IMG/VR virus record: IMGVR_UViG_3300029448_007456
Span: 1 to 64,000 of that record
Strand: one strand, 5' to 3'
DNA: 64,000 nt
Origin: a virus
The notes under the pieces were generated by a model. That model saw only the letters and a list, made by a program, of their open reading frames with translations, did not search any database and was not told the origin of the DNA. Within the stretch, counting starts at the first letter, position 1, and every line of letters begins with the position of its first letter. The position numbers were made by a program, and so were the translations under genes. Below are positions 38,550 through 47,397 of this stretch, piece by piece.

Positions 38550-39345
38550 ATTTGGCTCCAGTAATGCTCATTGAAAGTTTGAGACTCATGCCAGCATTTG
38601 TACTGAGATGATACACTTCCATTGGTATCTCCCACACGTCACCTGATTTCCATTTTGGCCAAAATGTATTGGCCATCTGCAACATGTGTCCCCAATGCCA
38701 GTCAGTGATCATCACAAGATATCTTTTCATGTCACCTATGTCACATTTTCTTGTGTCTGGATTAGGATTGAGATGCTTGTTGATTCTACACCATCCACCC
38801 AAATAGTCAAAGTGCCACGGCAAGGTTTGACCTGGCATGTAAGCCAATAGTCTCATCAGTGCTGTGTCGTAATCGATCTTGATGCTTTCGAAATATTCTT
38901 TGCCTAACAATTCCTTTAGTTTGTCATTGGAATCGCCATAAAGTCCCCAGTTGTATTCACAGCAGTTGCCTTTGTTGTATCCAACTTTGGTAGGCAATTC
39001 CAACGTGAACTCATTTCTTCCTGTATGATAAGGTCTTGCTTCATAATATTTTTTTTGACAAGTGTCTTTGTTGTCTTTGATGAATTGTATGAATTTGTTT
39101 TGATCAATAGGCACATTACTAATATAGTGTGGTTCTGGGTCACACTCGTCTGTTAGGTTTGCTCCTGTTTCTTCTGCAAATGCAATCCATTCTTTGTCAG
39201 GTCTGTGTTCTAAAAAAGTCCAAAGGTCAAGTTCTTGGCCTGGTCCTGGCATTTTAGAATTTTTAACATAATATTCAGGATCTGTTGGCACCCAGCCATC
39301 AGCCGCAACTATGTCTTTCATCTTGTAGTCTTTATTCTTTTCCAT
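38542..39345 (-). CDS. Cupin/Fe-2OG dioxygenase-like paralogue
   Basis: PGQTLPWHFD...DWHWGH...WKSGD...YHLSTNAG. Confidence 0.65.
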   Translation of the reverse strand: MEKNKDYKMKDIVAADGWVPTDPEYYVKNSKMPGPGQELDLWTFLEHRPDKEWIAFAEETGANLTDECDPEPHYISNVPIDQNKFIQFIKDNKDTCQKKYYEARPYHTGRNEFTLELPTKVGYNKGNCCEYNWGLYGDSNDKLKELLGKEYFESIKIDYDTALMRLLAYMPGQTLPWHFDYLGGWCRINKHLNPNPDTRKCDIGDMKRYLVMITDWHWGHMLQMANTFWPKWKSGDVWEIPMEVYHLSTNAGMSLKLSMSITGAKYA

Positions 39346-39967
39346 TGATTTCTCCTGTGATGGTAAGTGTTAGTTTTGGTTTGAATCCAGCATTGCCACT
39401 CAAATGCCATAGATCATTTGGAATGAACCAGGTGTCTCCAGGATTCCAACCGTATATCATTTTGTCGTGTACCTGTAGGAAATGACCCCAGTCCCATTCG
39501 CTGACAGCGACAAAAAATCTGTCTGGTGTGCGAGATGTTGCAAACATATTTTTGAAACCTTCTTTGCCATCAACATGCAGTGGCAAAATATGTCCTGGAT
39601 TGTATTCCAACAATCGTATCAAGGTTTTGTTGGGGTCCAGTTGCAACTGTTCTAAATTTTTACTGCCAACAATATCAACCAGCATGCGATTGTGCTTGGG
39701 ATCCAACCCCCAATTGGATTCTATTGTGTTGTGTTTGTTGTATCCCACCCAATTGGCACACGTGGCAATATGGTTAGAGTAATGATCTAGAAAAGGTCTA
39801 GGACGGAAGGACTTGACTGTGGCTTCTGATCTATATTTTTCTGTAAAAGATTCGAATGCCTTTGGATCAATATCCAGAGTTGTGTTTTTTTCGATTTGGA
39901 TTGGTTGTTTTAGATCAACTCCAGCATCGTCAAGCAGTGTTTGATAGTAGTGGCCTTCTATTGCCAT
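39332..39967 (-). CDS. Cupin/Fe-2OG dioxygenase-like paralogue
   Basis: PGHILPLHVD...EWDWGH...WNPGD...WHLSGNAG. Confidence 0.65.
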   Translation of the reverse strand: MAIEGHYYQTLLDDAGVDLKQPIQIEKNTTLDIDPKAFESFTEKYRSEATVKSFRPRPFLDHYSNHIATCANWVGYNKHNTIESNWGLDPKHNRMLVDIVGSKNLEQLQLDPNKTLIRLLEYNPGHILPLHVDGKEGFKNMFATSRTPDRFFVAVSEWDWGHFLQVHDKMIYGWNPGDTWFIPNDLWHLSGNAGFKPKLTLTITGEINGKE

Positions 39968-40719
39968 TTATCCCAACCTTCCCAATCGTCTACAAGTTCT
40001 CCACTCCAGTGAATAGTAATTTTAGGAGTAGGTCCTGAGTTGGCTGATCCATGATACACACCTGGTGTTAGATCCCACAGATCTCCTGCCTTCCATTGAT
40101 TCATACAATGATTGCCATAATGGAAAAAATGTCCAAAGTCCCAATCTCTAGGAAATATCATGAAACGTCTTAGTCTTGTATAGTTTGCCTTGGTATCGCC
40201 TGTGCGTCTTATGAATGACGAATATGTGTCAACATGACTCCAATGCATACTGCCTGGGATCTGTACAAACAAACTTATACCTAGTTTATCTTGTTTGAGC
40301 ATAGGAAACATATCTCTCAAAGGTTGTTCCCAATGTTCAAAATCTTGATTTGCAATTTTAAAATACTGTGTGTTGCCTGTTGTGAATGTGTTGTTTTTGA
40401 ACATCAACAATGCCTGTTCACGTATTGGAGTATGGGTTGCGTCATCTCCACCATGTGAAATAAAACCTGTTTCGTAATTGTAGTCCCACCATTTGTTAGG
40501 TAGTCTCATTTTGTTTACTTTTTCAATACACCATTTGGACAAACCTTCCCAATCCAATTTGTTTGACCAATTGCCTATTAATCCTTTGCCGTCATCATGA
40601 TCTTGTTTCATAGGATCCCAATGCCAAGGATACTGTTCCCTGATTTCGGGTAAAACTGTTTCTTTGGGATCATGGCGACCTGTGGTTAGATCAAAACTAA
40701 GGGGCTCTACTTTAGACAT
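39958..40719 (-). CDS. Cupin/Fe-2OG dioxygenase-like paralogue
   Basis: PGSMHWSHVD...DWDFGH...WKAGD...YHGSANSG; SD AAGGAG before 40719. Confidence 0.65.
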   Translation of the reverse strand: MSKVEPLSFDLTTGRHDPKETVLPEIREQYPWHWDPMKQDHDDGKGLIGNWSNKLDWEGLSKWCIEKVNKMRLPNKWWDYNYETGFISHGGDDATHTPIREQALLMFKNNTFTTGNTQYFKIANQDFEHWEQPLRDMFPMLKQDKLGISLFVQIPGSMHWSHVDTYSSFIRRTGDTKANYTRLRRFMIFPRDWDFGHFFHYGNHCMNQWKAGDLWDLTPGVYHGSANSGPTPKITIHWSGELVDDWEGWDKWQ

Positions 40720-40786
40720 TATATCTCCTTTTTTTAATTGTAACACTTTAATTACAATTATGTCAATTAAAAGGTTAGATATACAT

Positions 40787-40883
40787 CATAGGAGCCGGCG
40801 GTTTTTTCGATTTGCATCGCCATTCGCTTGTGCTACTAGGCCGTCGGTGTGTGCTCTCCACGTCACTTGAAAGTGGCGTCACC
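40787..40883 (-). ncRNA. Putative small structured RNA downstream of late promoter
   Basis: GC-rich intergenic block; CCGACGG/CCGCCGG, GGAG/CUCC and CGAU-GCAA-AUCG helices; TAAATA at 40889-40894. Confidence 0.45.
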
Positions 40884-40897
40884 AAAGGTATTTATAT

Positions 40898-41173
40898 TTA
40901 GAAAAGTAAAGTTTGCCAAGAACCGTCTGGTAGGCGACATTTTCTTGATGGAGACATAAGTCCATTCACATTGACTTGCCAAATTCTGTTGGCACACAGT
41001 AGGCCATCTTTAGAAACAAAAAAATCTCCATGACCTTCTGTTGTGTTAGGATCAACCCATGCTCCAGAAGGAGTATCATTCTTAGGATCCAGCACAACAC
41101 CTGCGTTGGCAATGTAAGGAATAGTTAACACAATTACAAACAGGACAATTGAAATTATAACATTTCTGATCAT
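40898..41173 (-). CDS. Secreted protein with C-terminal CRLPDGSW motif
   Basis: Signal peptide; motif resembles 17-kDa surface antigen C-terminus. Confidence 0.5.
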   Translation of the reverse strand: MIRNVIISIVLFVIVLTIPYIANAGVVLDPKNDTPSGAWVDPNTTEGHGDFFVSKDGLLCANRIWQVNVNGLMSPSRKCRLPDGSWQTLLF

Positions 41174-41553
41174 ACTTTTTTTCCTGCTGTTTTTAAATCT
41201 TCTTTTGCAATAACCATATAAGGACCTTTGTTATAAGCAGGCGCAATAGAATATTGACTGCTGACTTCAAGTCTCTCACGATCATCACGTTTGGGTTGAG
41301 CAACTCCAGGCGCCTTACTAGGTGCAGAATAATACGGATTACACACAGTTTTACGTGGATTGTTAAATGTGTTTGAATCAGCAAAAGCACCAAAATTTTG
41401 CTTGTAATTTCGCTTTTTAGGTGTCACACCAAAGGATTCAAGATACTTGGCATAGTCTGCCTGTGCTTGTTTATCTCTGGCTGTAAGACCCTTTGTTTTG
41501 CGTTTGCGTGTTGAATTCATGCTTAACGCAGGGCCTACAAGATGCATAGTCAT
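41170..41553 (-). CDS. Conserved T4-like hypothetical protein
   Basis: MHLVGP N-terminus; IAPAYNKGPYMVI C-terminus. Confidence 0.6.
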   Translation of the reverse strand: MTMHLVGPALSMNSTRKRKTKGLTARDKQAQADYAKYLESFGVTPKKRNYKQNFGAFADSNTFNNPRKTVCNPYYSAPSKAPGVAQPKRDDRERLEVSSQYSIAPAYNKGPYMVIAKEDLKTAGKKV

Positions 41554-41567
41554 AATATTATTATAAC

Positions 41568-41876
41568 TTATTCTTTGTCTTTGTCAAGTGATGCTAAAAA
41601 GCCGTTATCGCTGTAAAGATTGGATATGTCTGCGTTTTGTTCCCAATTTAATTGTTCAATATCAACGCCATTCATTTTACCAAAAAATACCAACAATGAT
41701 CTAATCACTTCGCCTAGTTCCCTGCTGTCTATGATTGGATTGATATCACAACCTGCTTCATGGGCATATTCAAGCAAAAGTTCTACAGCATCAAAAACCA
41801 TCATGTCTGATTCGCTGAAGCCTTTGTCCGACTTTTTTATTTTAGGACTATTGAACTTAATAATTTTTGCTGTCAT
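41568..41876 (-). CDS. Hypothetical protein
   Basis: Likely start MTAKIIKF overlapping upstream stop. Confidence 0.5.
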   Translation of the reverse strand: MTAKIIKFNSPKIKKSDKGFSESDMMVFDAVELLLEYAHEAGCDINPIIDSRELGEVIRSLLVFFGKMNGVDIEQLNWEQNADISNLYSDNGFLASLDKDKE

Positions 41877-42109
41877 GTTGGATTGTTGATTATGCCTCTG
41901 ATTGAATGTGCCCATCGCCATGCCGCCAGTGCCATAATTGCCCAAGCACCTGTTAAAACGCCAATGGCGAAAAAGAATGGCTGTGCCCACACCGACACCC
42001 ACATGCCAAATTTTCTTTCTTTATTAGTTTTTCCTGACACATAGTATATTGATGTCAAACTGCCTGCAAGTGCAACAGCATTAACAATGTGAAACACCAA
42101 ACTATCCAC
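41873..42109 (-). CDS. Small membrane protein
   Basis: Three hydrophobic segments. Confidence 0.55.
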   Translation of the reverse strand: MDSLVFHIVNAVALAGSLTSIYYVSGKTNKERKFGMWVSVWAQPFFFAIGVLTGAWAIMALAAWRWAHSIRGIINNPT

Positions 42110-42329
42110 GTTTTTTTCCGCGGTATGTTATGCGTCCTTTTGTAAGATCATATGGAGTCATCTCAATTGAGACTTTATCACCTACTAACATTCTAATTTT
42201 AAATTTTTTTAACTTGCCTGCGGTGTAGCACAACACCTTGTGCCCATTTTCTAGTTCTACCATACACCTTGATTCTGGCAACAGATCAATTACTGTGCCT
42301 TGAAACTCTAGATTATCTTCTTTACTCAA
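42102..42329 (-). CDS. infA: Translation initiation factor IF-1
   Basis: [43 protein letters not shown]. Confidence 0.95.
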   Translation of the reverse strand: MSKEDNLEFQGTVIDLLPESRCMVELENGHKVLCYTAGKLKKFKIRMLVGDKVSIEMTPYDLTKGRITYRGKKRG

Positions 42330-42342
42330 TCAATCTCCTTGC

Positions 42343-42696
42343 TTACCAGATGTCTTCGTATTTGCCTTGAATGTCTTCATACTTGAGTATTTTGCCTCGA
42401 GTAAAAAATTCAGGTTTTTTTTCAGCAACTTTGAAAGTGCCCACGGTAATAAACACAGCAACTAAAAATACAAAGTGTGCCACCGCGGTGTAGCCAAACA
42501 CAGTCCAACTCCCTACCAGTAATGAAAATACAATACACCACATCCATGCCAACACTTGTGTGATCATGTGTCTTGTGTTAAAGTCTTTGATATGCCGCAA
42601 AGGGTTTTTGTCGTGTTCCATTACAGAACTGTATGCATCATAAATCATTTCTCGCATGTTGTGTTGTCCTTTCTTGTTACTCATACTTTTTACCAA
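42343..42696 (-). CDS. Membrane protein
   Basis: NPLRHI...QVLAWMWCIVFS; two TM helices. Confidence 0.6.
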   Translation of the reverse strand: MVKSMSNKKGQHNMREMIYDAYSSVMEHDKNPLRHIKDFNTRHMITQVLAWMWCIVFSLLVGSWTVFGYTAVAHFVFLVAVFITVGTFKVAEKKPEFFTRGKILKYEDIQGKYEDIW

Positions 42697-42859
42697 AAAA
42701 TCCTGTCACAGTCTTTATTGGACTTTTAAGTCCTTCATAGGTTTTATCAATAAAGGCAATGTGTTTTACAAGTTTAGCATCCATTTTGTCCATTGTCAAT
42801 TGAAGTTGATCAATTTTGTCTTCAAGTTGGCTGATGCGTTGTTCAAAGTCTCTAGGCAT
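42677..42859 (-). CDS. Small coiled-coil protein
   Basis: Likely start MPRDFEQR. Confidence 0.55.
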   Translation of the reverse strand: MPRDFEQRISQLEDKIDQLQLTMDKMDAKLVKHIAFIDKTYEGLKSPIKTVTGFFGKKYE

Positions 42860-42941
42860 TCTTGCCCCAGCCACATAGACTACAACCATCTTCTGTGATG
42901 TCTACTTCACATGAAGGACAAATTATTACTTCGCTAGCCAT
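42852..42941 (-). CDS. Zinc-ribbon microprotein (29 aa)
   Basis: Manual translation MASEVIICPSCEVDITEDGCSLCGWGKNA; SD AAGGAG upstream. Confidence 0.55.
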   Translation of the reverse strand: MASEVIICPSCEVDITEDGCSLCGWGKNA

Positions 42942-43093
42942 AACCATACTCCTTTCGCTGTGCTTCTATCACAACCACCGCCTATGCCGCCGTCGCAATC
43001 CATGCCATGATACAATAATCTAGCTGGTTCAAAGACTACAAATATCACAACCAACACCACACTTACTATCACTGCTGTAATAAATGGCTTCAT
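42926..43093 (-). CDS. Small membrane-anchored protein (55 aa)
   Basis: Manual translation MKPFITAVIVSVVLVVIFVVFEPARLLYHGMDCDGGIGGGCDRSTAKGVWLWLAK; ATGA overlap with ligase. Confidence 0.55.
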   Translation of the reverse strand: MKPFITAVIVSVVLVVIFVVFEPARLLYHGMDCDGGIGGGCDRSTAKGVWLWLAK

Positions 43094-44403
43094 ATTTTTT
43101 CTCCTATCTCAAATCCCCTGAATGTTTTAAATCTAGGAAATCTAAGGCTGTATGAACCATCTTGATTTTGTGTTACAGCATCTCCCCTAACTTCTACAAG
43201 TTGGTTTACTATTTTATCCCTGTTGCTCCAAAACTGGTCTCTTTGGGCATCAGAAAAGCCAGAACCTACATTGACTTCGATTGTTTTGTCTCCGTCTGTG
43301 CCTTTGCACACAAATGCACCCAGTCTGCCTTCATTTCTGCCTGTGCCTGGTTCTATGTCCAACACATTCAGTGTTACTTCAATGAACGGTTTTGCTTTCA
43401 ACATGTGATGTGATCTCTTGCATTCATATGGAGCATCAACATCTTTAATCATTACTCCTTCGAATCCATTTGCGATGGCATCTTTGTTGAACTTTAAATA
43501 TTTTTTATAACCTTCAGGTGTGTCCAAATTTACTAAATGTTTCTCTAAAGGAAATAGATAATCAAACTGCTTGTCTTGAAACAGTGCATTCACCATGGCA
43601 TCTCTATCAGCACAGCCAAGGATACTTTTGCCTTTGATAAATTCGTGCTGTGCAATCATATCAAACACAGCAAACTTGGCATCACTGGCTTCAACGTTTT
43701 CTTTACGATGCACCTGCTTCATTAATGCTTGGAAACTTTTGCTGACCATTTCTCCGTCCAATATAGTTGGCACTTCAAAGCCAGGCATAATTTTTTCTCT
43801 AATCTCTTGTTCAACGTGACCAAAGTTGTGCAACTGTTTGCCGTTCCTAGTATACATGGCCACTGTGTCTTTGTCAGGATCAAAAAATGCAAGCACTCTG
43901 ACACCATCCAATTTGTAATCAATAAACTTTTCGCCATGCATCTTGTTGGCATGGTTGGCTGAGTCATGTGCCAGCATCACTTCAAATGTTGGAATCTTAT
44001 ATTTGTCTATGTTTAATTTTTTAGCAACATTGTTAATTGTTTTTTCTGTGACACCACATCGCAAGTCTTTAATCAATATTCTTCTATACCAATTGTTCCA
44101 TTGCTCACATGTGGCTTGTTTCATACGGTCTGCTATAAGATCTCTTGCCGCATGTCCGGTCACTGTTCTGTTATTAAGTTGGCGTTGCAGATCCCAGAAA
44201 GACTCTCTATCTAGTCCTGGACCGTCTTGCTCTAATGTGTCTACTTTTTGCACATTGAAAACATATAATTTGTTTAGTGCAATTCCTAATCCTTCAAAAA
44301 ACTGATCATTGCCTGCTTCCATTTCACGGGCAATTACTCCTTCTTTGAACAATCGTGAATTATCTGATTCCAGTTCTTGTATTATTGTGTATGGCTCATT
44401 CAT
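43090..44403 (-). CDS. ATP-dependent DNA ligase
   Basis: KLDGVR, LDGE, FDM, EGVMIK, VGSGF, LRFPRF. Confidence 0.93.
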   Translation of the reverse strand: MNEPYTIIQELESDNSRLFKEGVIAREMEAGNDQFFEGLGIALNKLYVFNVQKVDTLEQDGPGLDRESFWDLQRQLNNRTVTGHAARDLIADRMKQATCEQWNNWYRRILIKDLRCGVTEKTINNVAKKLNIDKYKIPTFEVMLAHDSANHANKMHGEKFIDYKLDGVRVLAFFDPDKDTVAMYTRNGKQLHNFGHVEQEIREKIMPGFEVPTILDGEMVSKSFQALMKQVHRKENVEASDAKFAVFDMIAQHEFIKGKSILGCADRDAMVNALFQDKQFDYLFPLEKHLVNLDTPEGYKKYLKFNKDAIANGFEGVMIKDVDAPYECKRSHHMLKAKPFIEVTLNVLDIEPGTGRNEGRLGAFVCKGTDGDKTIEVNVGSGFSDAQRDQFWSNRDKIVNQLVEVRGDAVTQNQDGSYSLRFPRFKTFRGFEIGEKI

Positions 44404-44434
44404 ACACTTATTATATGATATTTGGAAAATGTGT

Positions 44435-44460
44435 CAATCGGGGGCAAAAACCCCCGATTG
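44435..44460 (-). terminator. Perfect 10-bp hairpin after porin gene
   Basis: CAATCGGGGG-6nt-CCCCCGATTG; overlaps -35 of ligase promoter. Confidence 0.65.
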
Positions 44461-44470
44461 TATTAGGTTT

Positions 44471-45259
44471 TTAGAATGATAATTCAACACCCATTGCTGG
44501 AGTTGTTTCTTCTGAGTCTAAATTGTAGTTTGCTTCAACATAGTAACCTAGATCTTTCCAAGTTCCTTTGTATCCTGCACCCACGTTCTTTGACCAGTCT
44601 GCTTCATTACCATCAACATAAGCAGATAAACCGCCTATTGATAGTATTGATTCATATGCAACTTCATCAGTAAGTGATGCGTCCTGTGTTACCACAGTTG
44701 AAACATTTGCTGACTCGTTGAGTGCAAACGCAACTGAACCTGCATAGATGTTGTCATCTGATGCAATTGTGTGATCCACAGATGCACCTACAGTGAACTT
44801 GCTTACTGTTGTGCTGTATTTTGCCTGAACAGTATCAAAGTCTGAGATGTCTGTGTCTGTGTCAGAAAATTTACCTCTTACAGATAAACCACTGATGTTT
44901 AACACAATGCTCTCGCCTGCATCACTTGGGTTTGCGATTGTATTCGCTCCCACCGTTTCAAGACCTCCACCAATAAAGATGTCGCCCTGATCGCCGTATG
45001 ATACAGATGTCGTCGCAGTTATATTTGCACCTATTTGATATTCGTCTAGTACAAATTGATCCGAAGCATTTGTCTTAACGTCGATTGAACCAAAAGCAAC
45101 ACCTGAGTCGCCTGCGATTCCTAACTTGATTGATTCAGTTGAGATGTAGTCATTACTTGCGTTTTCTGTAATGTCAAGTTCCACTTTACCGGTAATTGTG
45201 GCAGCTTGTGTTACACCTGCAAAACCTAAAGCAATCAATAATGCTGTTAGTTTTTTCAT
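44471..45259 (-). CDS. Outer-membrane porin-like beta-barrel
   Basis: Signal peptide, amphipathic strands, C-terminal Phe (GVELSF). Confidence 0.65.
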   Translation of the reverse strand: MKKLTALLIALGFAGVTQAATITGKVELDITENASNDYISTESIKLGIAGDSGVAFGSIDVKTNASDQFVLDEYQIGANITATTSVSYGDQGDIFIGGGLETVGANTIANPSDAGESIVLNISGLSVRGKFSDTDTDISDFDTVQAKYSTTVSKFTVGASVDHTIASDDNIYAGSVAFALNESANVSTVVTQDASLTDEVAYESILSIGGLSAYVDGNEADWSKNVGAGYKGTWKDLGYYVEANYNLDSEETTPAMGVELSF

Positions 45260-45337
45260 GTAGTATAGTCTCCTCTATAGTTTGGTTTATTATATAATAA
45301 ACGTATACCAAATCGCAACCAAAAAATTGTGTCTGCG

Positions 45338-45375
45338 AAAAGGCATACCGCTTTATATAGTGTCAGCATGCCTTT
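45338..45375 (-). terminator. Rho-independent terminator after pstS
   Basis: GGCATGCTG/CGGTATGCC stem followed by TTTT. Confidence 0.7.
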
Positions 45376-45391
45376 GGTTTAAGTGTTATGA

Positions 45392-46408
45392 TTATTTAGA
45401 AGCCTTGGCTTTTAAATCCATTGTGGTTAAGTTTTCTACAATTGCTTTGACTTCTGCCGCCTTGTCTTCTGCAAGTGGCACCAGTCCGAGTGAACCAAGA
45501 AAACCATCAATAGATGTGGCTTCATCTGATATGAACAATTTAGCATATTCCTCAATGCCAGGAACGATGCCAACATGATCTTTTTTGATGTAGTAAAACA
45601 GAGGTCTTGCTATTGGATATTCATATGATTGAATTGTTTCCAATGAAGGCTTGACTCCGTTCACTGTAGATCCTTTGATGGCATCTTTATTTTCCAACAG
45701 ATATGAATAACCAAAGAATCCAAATCTATCAGGACTGTCTTTAAGTTTGTTCACAATGAGTGTGTCGTTCTCACCCATCTCTGTGGTTGCACCATCTTCT
45801 CTGAAGTGTTTGCACCCGTTTTTTTCTGTTTGTAGGTCTTTGGCTCCAGCTTCTTTACAGCCTTTTTTCATCACTAATGATTCCCAAGCATCTCTGGTGC
45901 CCGATGATGGTGGTGCCACCAATATATCGATTTTCATGTTTGGCAGTGATGCATCAATTTCTGACCACTTTGTGTATGGATTAGGCACTAGTTTGCCGTC
46001 CACAGGCACTTCTTTGGCCATTGCTAACCACAACTGTTTAGTGGTCACTTTCATGTCAGGACCTTCCAGTGAGTTGGCAAACACAATGCCGTCGTTGCCT
46101 ACAATAACTTCAACAACACTGTCAACGCCATTGTCTAAACACAATTTGGCTTCTTTGGACTTCATAGCCCTTGAAGCATTTGTGATGTCTGGATGTTCTA
46201 GGCCTACACCGGCACAGAACATTTTCATACCACCGCCTGATCCAGTGGATGCCACAGTGGGTGCTTTTGAACCAGCTTCGCTCAGTCTTTCTGCCACAAC
46301 AGTAGAGTATGGATACACTGTAGATGAACCTACAATGTTAATGATATCTCTTGCCTGTAGTGTGGAAGAAAGGAGAACTGAAGCTAGTAGGATTACTAAC
46401 TTGTTCAT
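45392..46408 (-). CDS. pstS: Phosphate ABC transporter substrate-binding protein
   Basis: IVGSSTVYP, STGSGGG, NASR, SSGTRD, YPIARPLFYY; SD before MNKLV. Confidence 0.92.
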   Translation of the reverse strand: MNKLVILLASVLLSSTLQARDIINIVGSSTVYPYSTVVAERLSEAGSKAPTVASTGSGGGMKMFCAGVGLEHPDITNASRAMKSKEAKLCLDNGVDSVVEVIVGNDGIVFANSLEGPDMKVTTKQLWLAMAKEVPVDGKLVPNPYTKWSEIDASLPNMKIDILVAPPSSGTRDAWESLVMKKGCKEAGAKDLQTEKNGCKHFREDGATTEMGENDTLIVNKLKDSPDRFGFFGYSYLLENKDAIKGSTVNGVKPSLETIQSYEYPIARPLFYYIKKDHVGIVPGIEEYAKLFISDEATSIDGFLGSLGLVPLAEDKAAEVKAIVENLTTMDLKAKASK

Positions 46409-46471
46409 GATAAATTTCCTTTCATTGTATGGAGTATCCATAGATATATATTAAAATTATATGCTTATATA

Positions 46472-46511
46472 ATTACACAATTGTTACAATTTCTTTAAGA
46501 ATTTATTACAG
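46472..46511 (-). promoter_or_regulatory. Pho-box-like 11-bp direct repeats upstream of pstS
   Basis: CTGTAAT-AAAT-TCTTAAA-GAAA-TTGTAAC-AATT-GTGTAAT vs PhoB consensus CTGTCAT-N4. Confidence 0.6.
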
Positions 46512-46559
46512 TGAACCAATGATATCTCATAGAAGAGTGTAAATGTTCTCTATGTGGGA

Positions 46560-46787
46560 TCAATGAATGGATACAGTTTTGCAATGATCACGTCGATTGA
46601 ATCCAGTGCCTTCTAGTTCTTCTTGTTTTGCAAACAGGCAAAACCATGCAGAATCTTCACAGTCTTTCTGACGATCATAAACACCATCGGATATAATTGC
46701 TTTGTGGGTATTGGGTTTACGATAATAGAATGCATGACCTTTGAGTTGGTCATCATAATACACAGTGATATGTGGTTCACGTGTCAT
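46560..46787 (-). CDS. Hypothetical protein
   Basis: Start MTREP 5 nt after TAAATA. Confidence 0.5.
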   Translation of the reverse strand: MTREPHITVYYDDQLKGHAFYYRKPNTHKAIISDGVYDRQKDCEDSAWFCLFAKQEELEGTGFNRRDHCKTVSIH

Positions 46788-47397
46788 GCAAATATTTATT
46801 GAAATTTTGCGTGGTATCCCTTGAAAAATTTGCATGTCTATGCCACTGTTTTGGACATTGATATTCTGCAGGTGCTATCCAAACAAAATTGACATGTGGA
46901 TAACTTTCAAACAGTTTGTCCAATTGATGATGCCAATACTTAGGATCGACTGCTTTGTTATCATATCCATTTGTATTGGCATACACATTAGTGTAGTTGT
47001 TTTGTTGTGTCATATCGAAACCGATCAGATAGCAAAGATTGGTTGTCTGCATGTTCCATTCATAGTTTTTAAATGCACAAGCAATGTTGATTGCATGTGG
47101 ACCTGAATTCCAATGCCAAGGGTTGTCTTCTCTTTCAGTTCCATTGTATGGCAGTTCTGGATAAGCACTTACCATGAACTTAGTATTCCAGTTTGGTCTA
47201 GTGTATAACTGTCCTGGGTAGTCAGATGATAATACCTCAGCAACCATTCGCTGATCAGCGGCTGACACTATGTCTGGATGAAAGTCTCTTACGATTGCGT
47301 TACAGCCGACAGTGACTCCTTGCTTTTTACAAGAGTCAAGATCTATCGGCTGTCTGCTCTCACCATTGCCTATTACAAAGGTGATGCGTTTTTTCAT
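46777..47397 (-). CDS. Hypothetical protein, GT29/DUF115-like Rossmann fold
   Basis: VIGNGESR, GCNA, NSGP, LIGFD. Confidence 0.5.
   Translation of the reverse strand: MKKRITFVIGNGESRQPIDLDSCKKQGVTVGCNAIVRDFHPDIVSAADQRMVAEVLSSDYPGQLYTRPNWNTKFMVSAYPELPYNGTEREDNPWHWNSGPHAINIACAFKNYEWNMQTTNLCYLIGFDMTQQNNYTNVYANTNGYDNKAVDPKYWHHQLDKLFESYPHVNFVWIAPAEYQCPKQWHRHANFSRDTTQNFNKYLHDT

Noticed and set aside
40787-40883. Glycine riboswitch (GGAGAG...CACCGACGG) or HDV-like ribozyme (GCGAAUGG)
   Set aside because: Lacks the glycine aptamer's CUCUCAGG strand; no HDV-type P1/P3/L3 nested pseudoknot could be built
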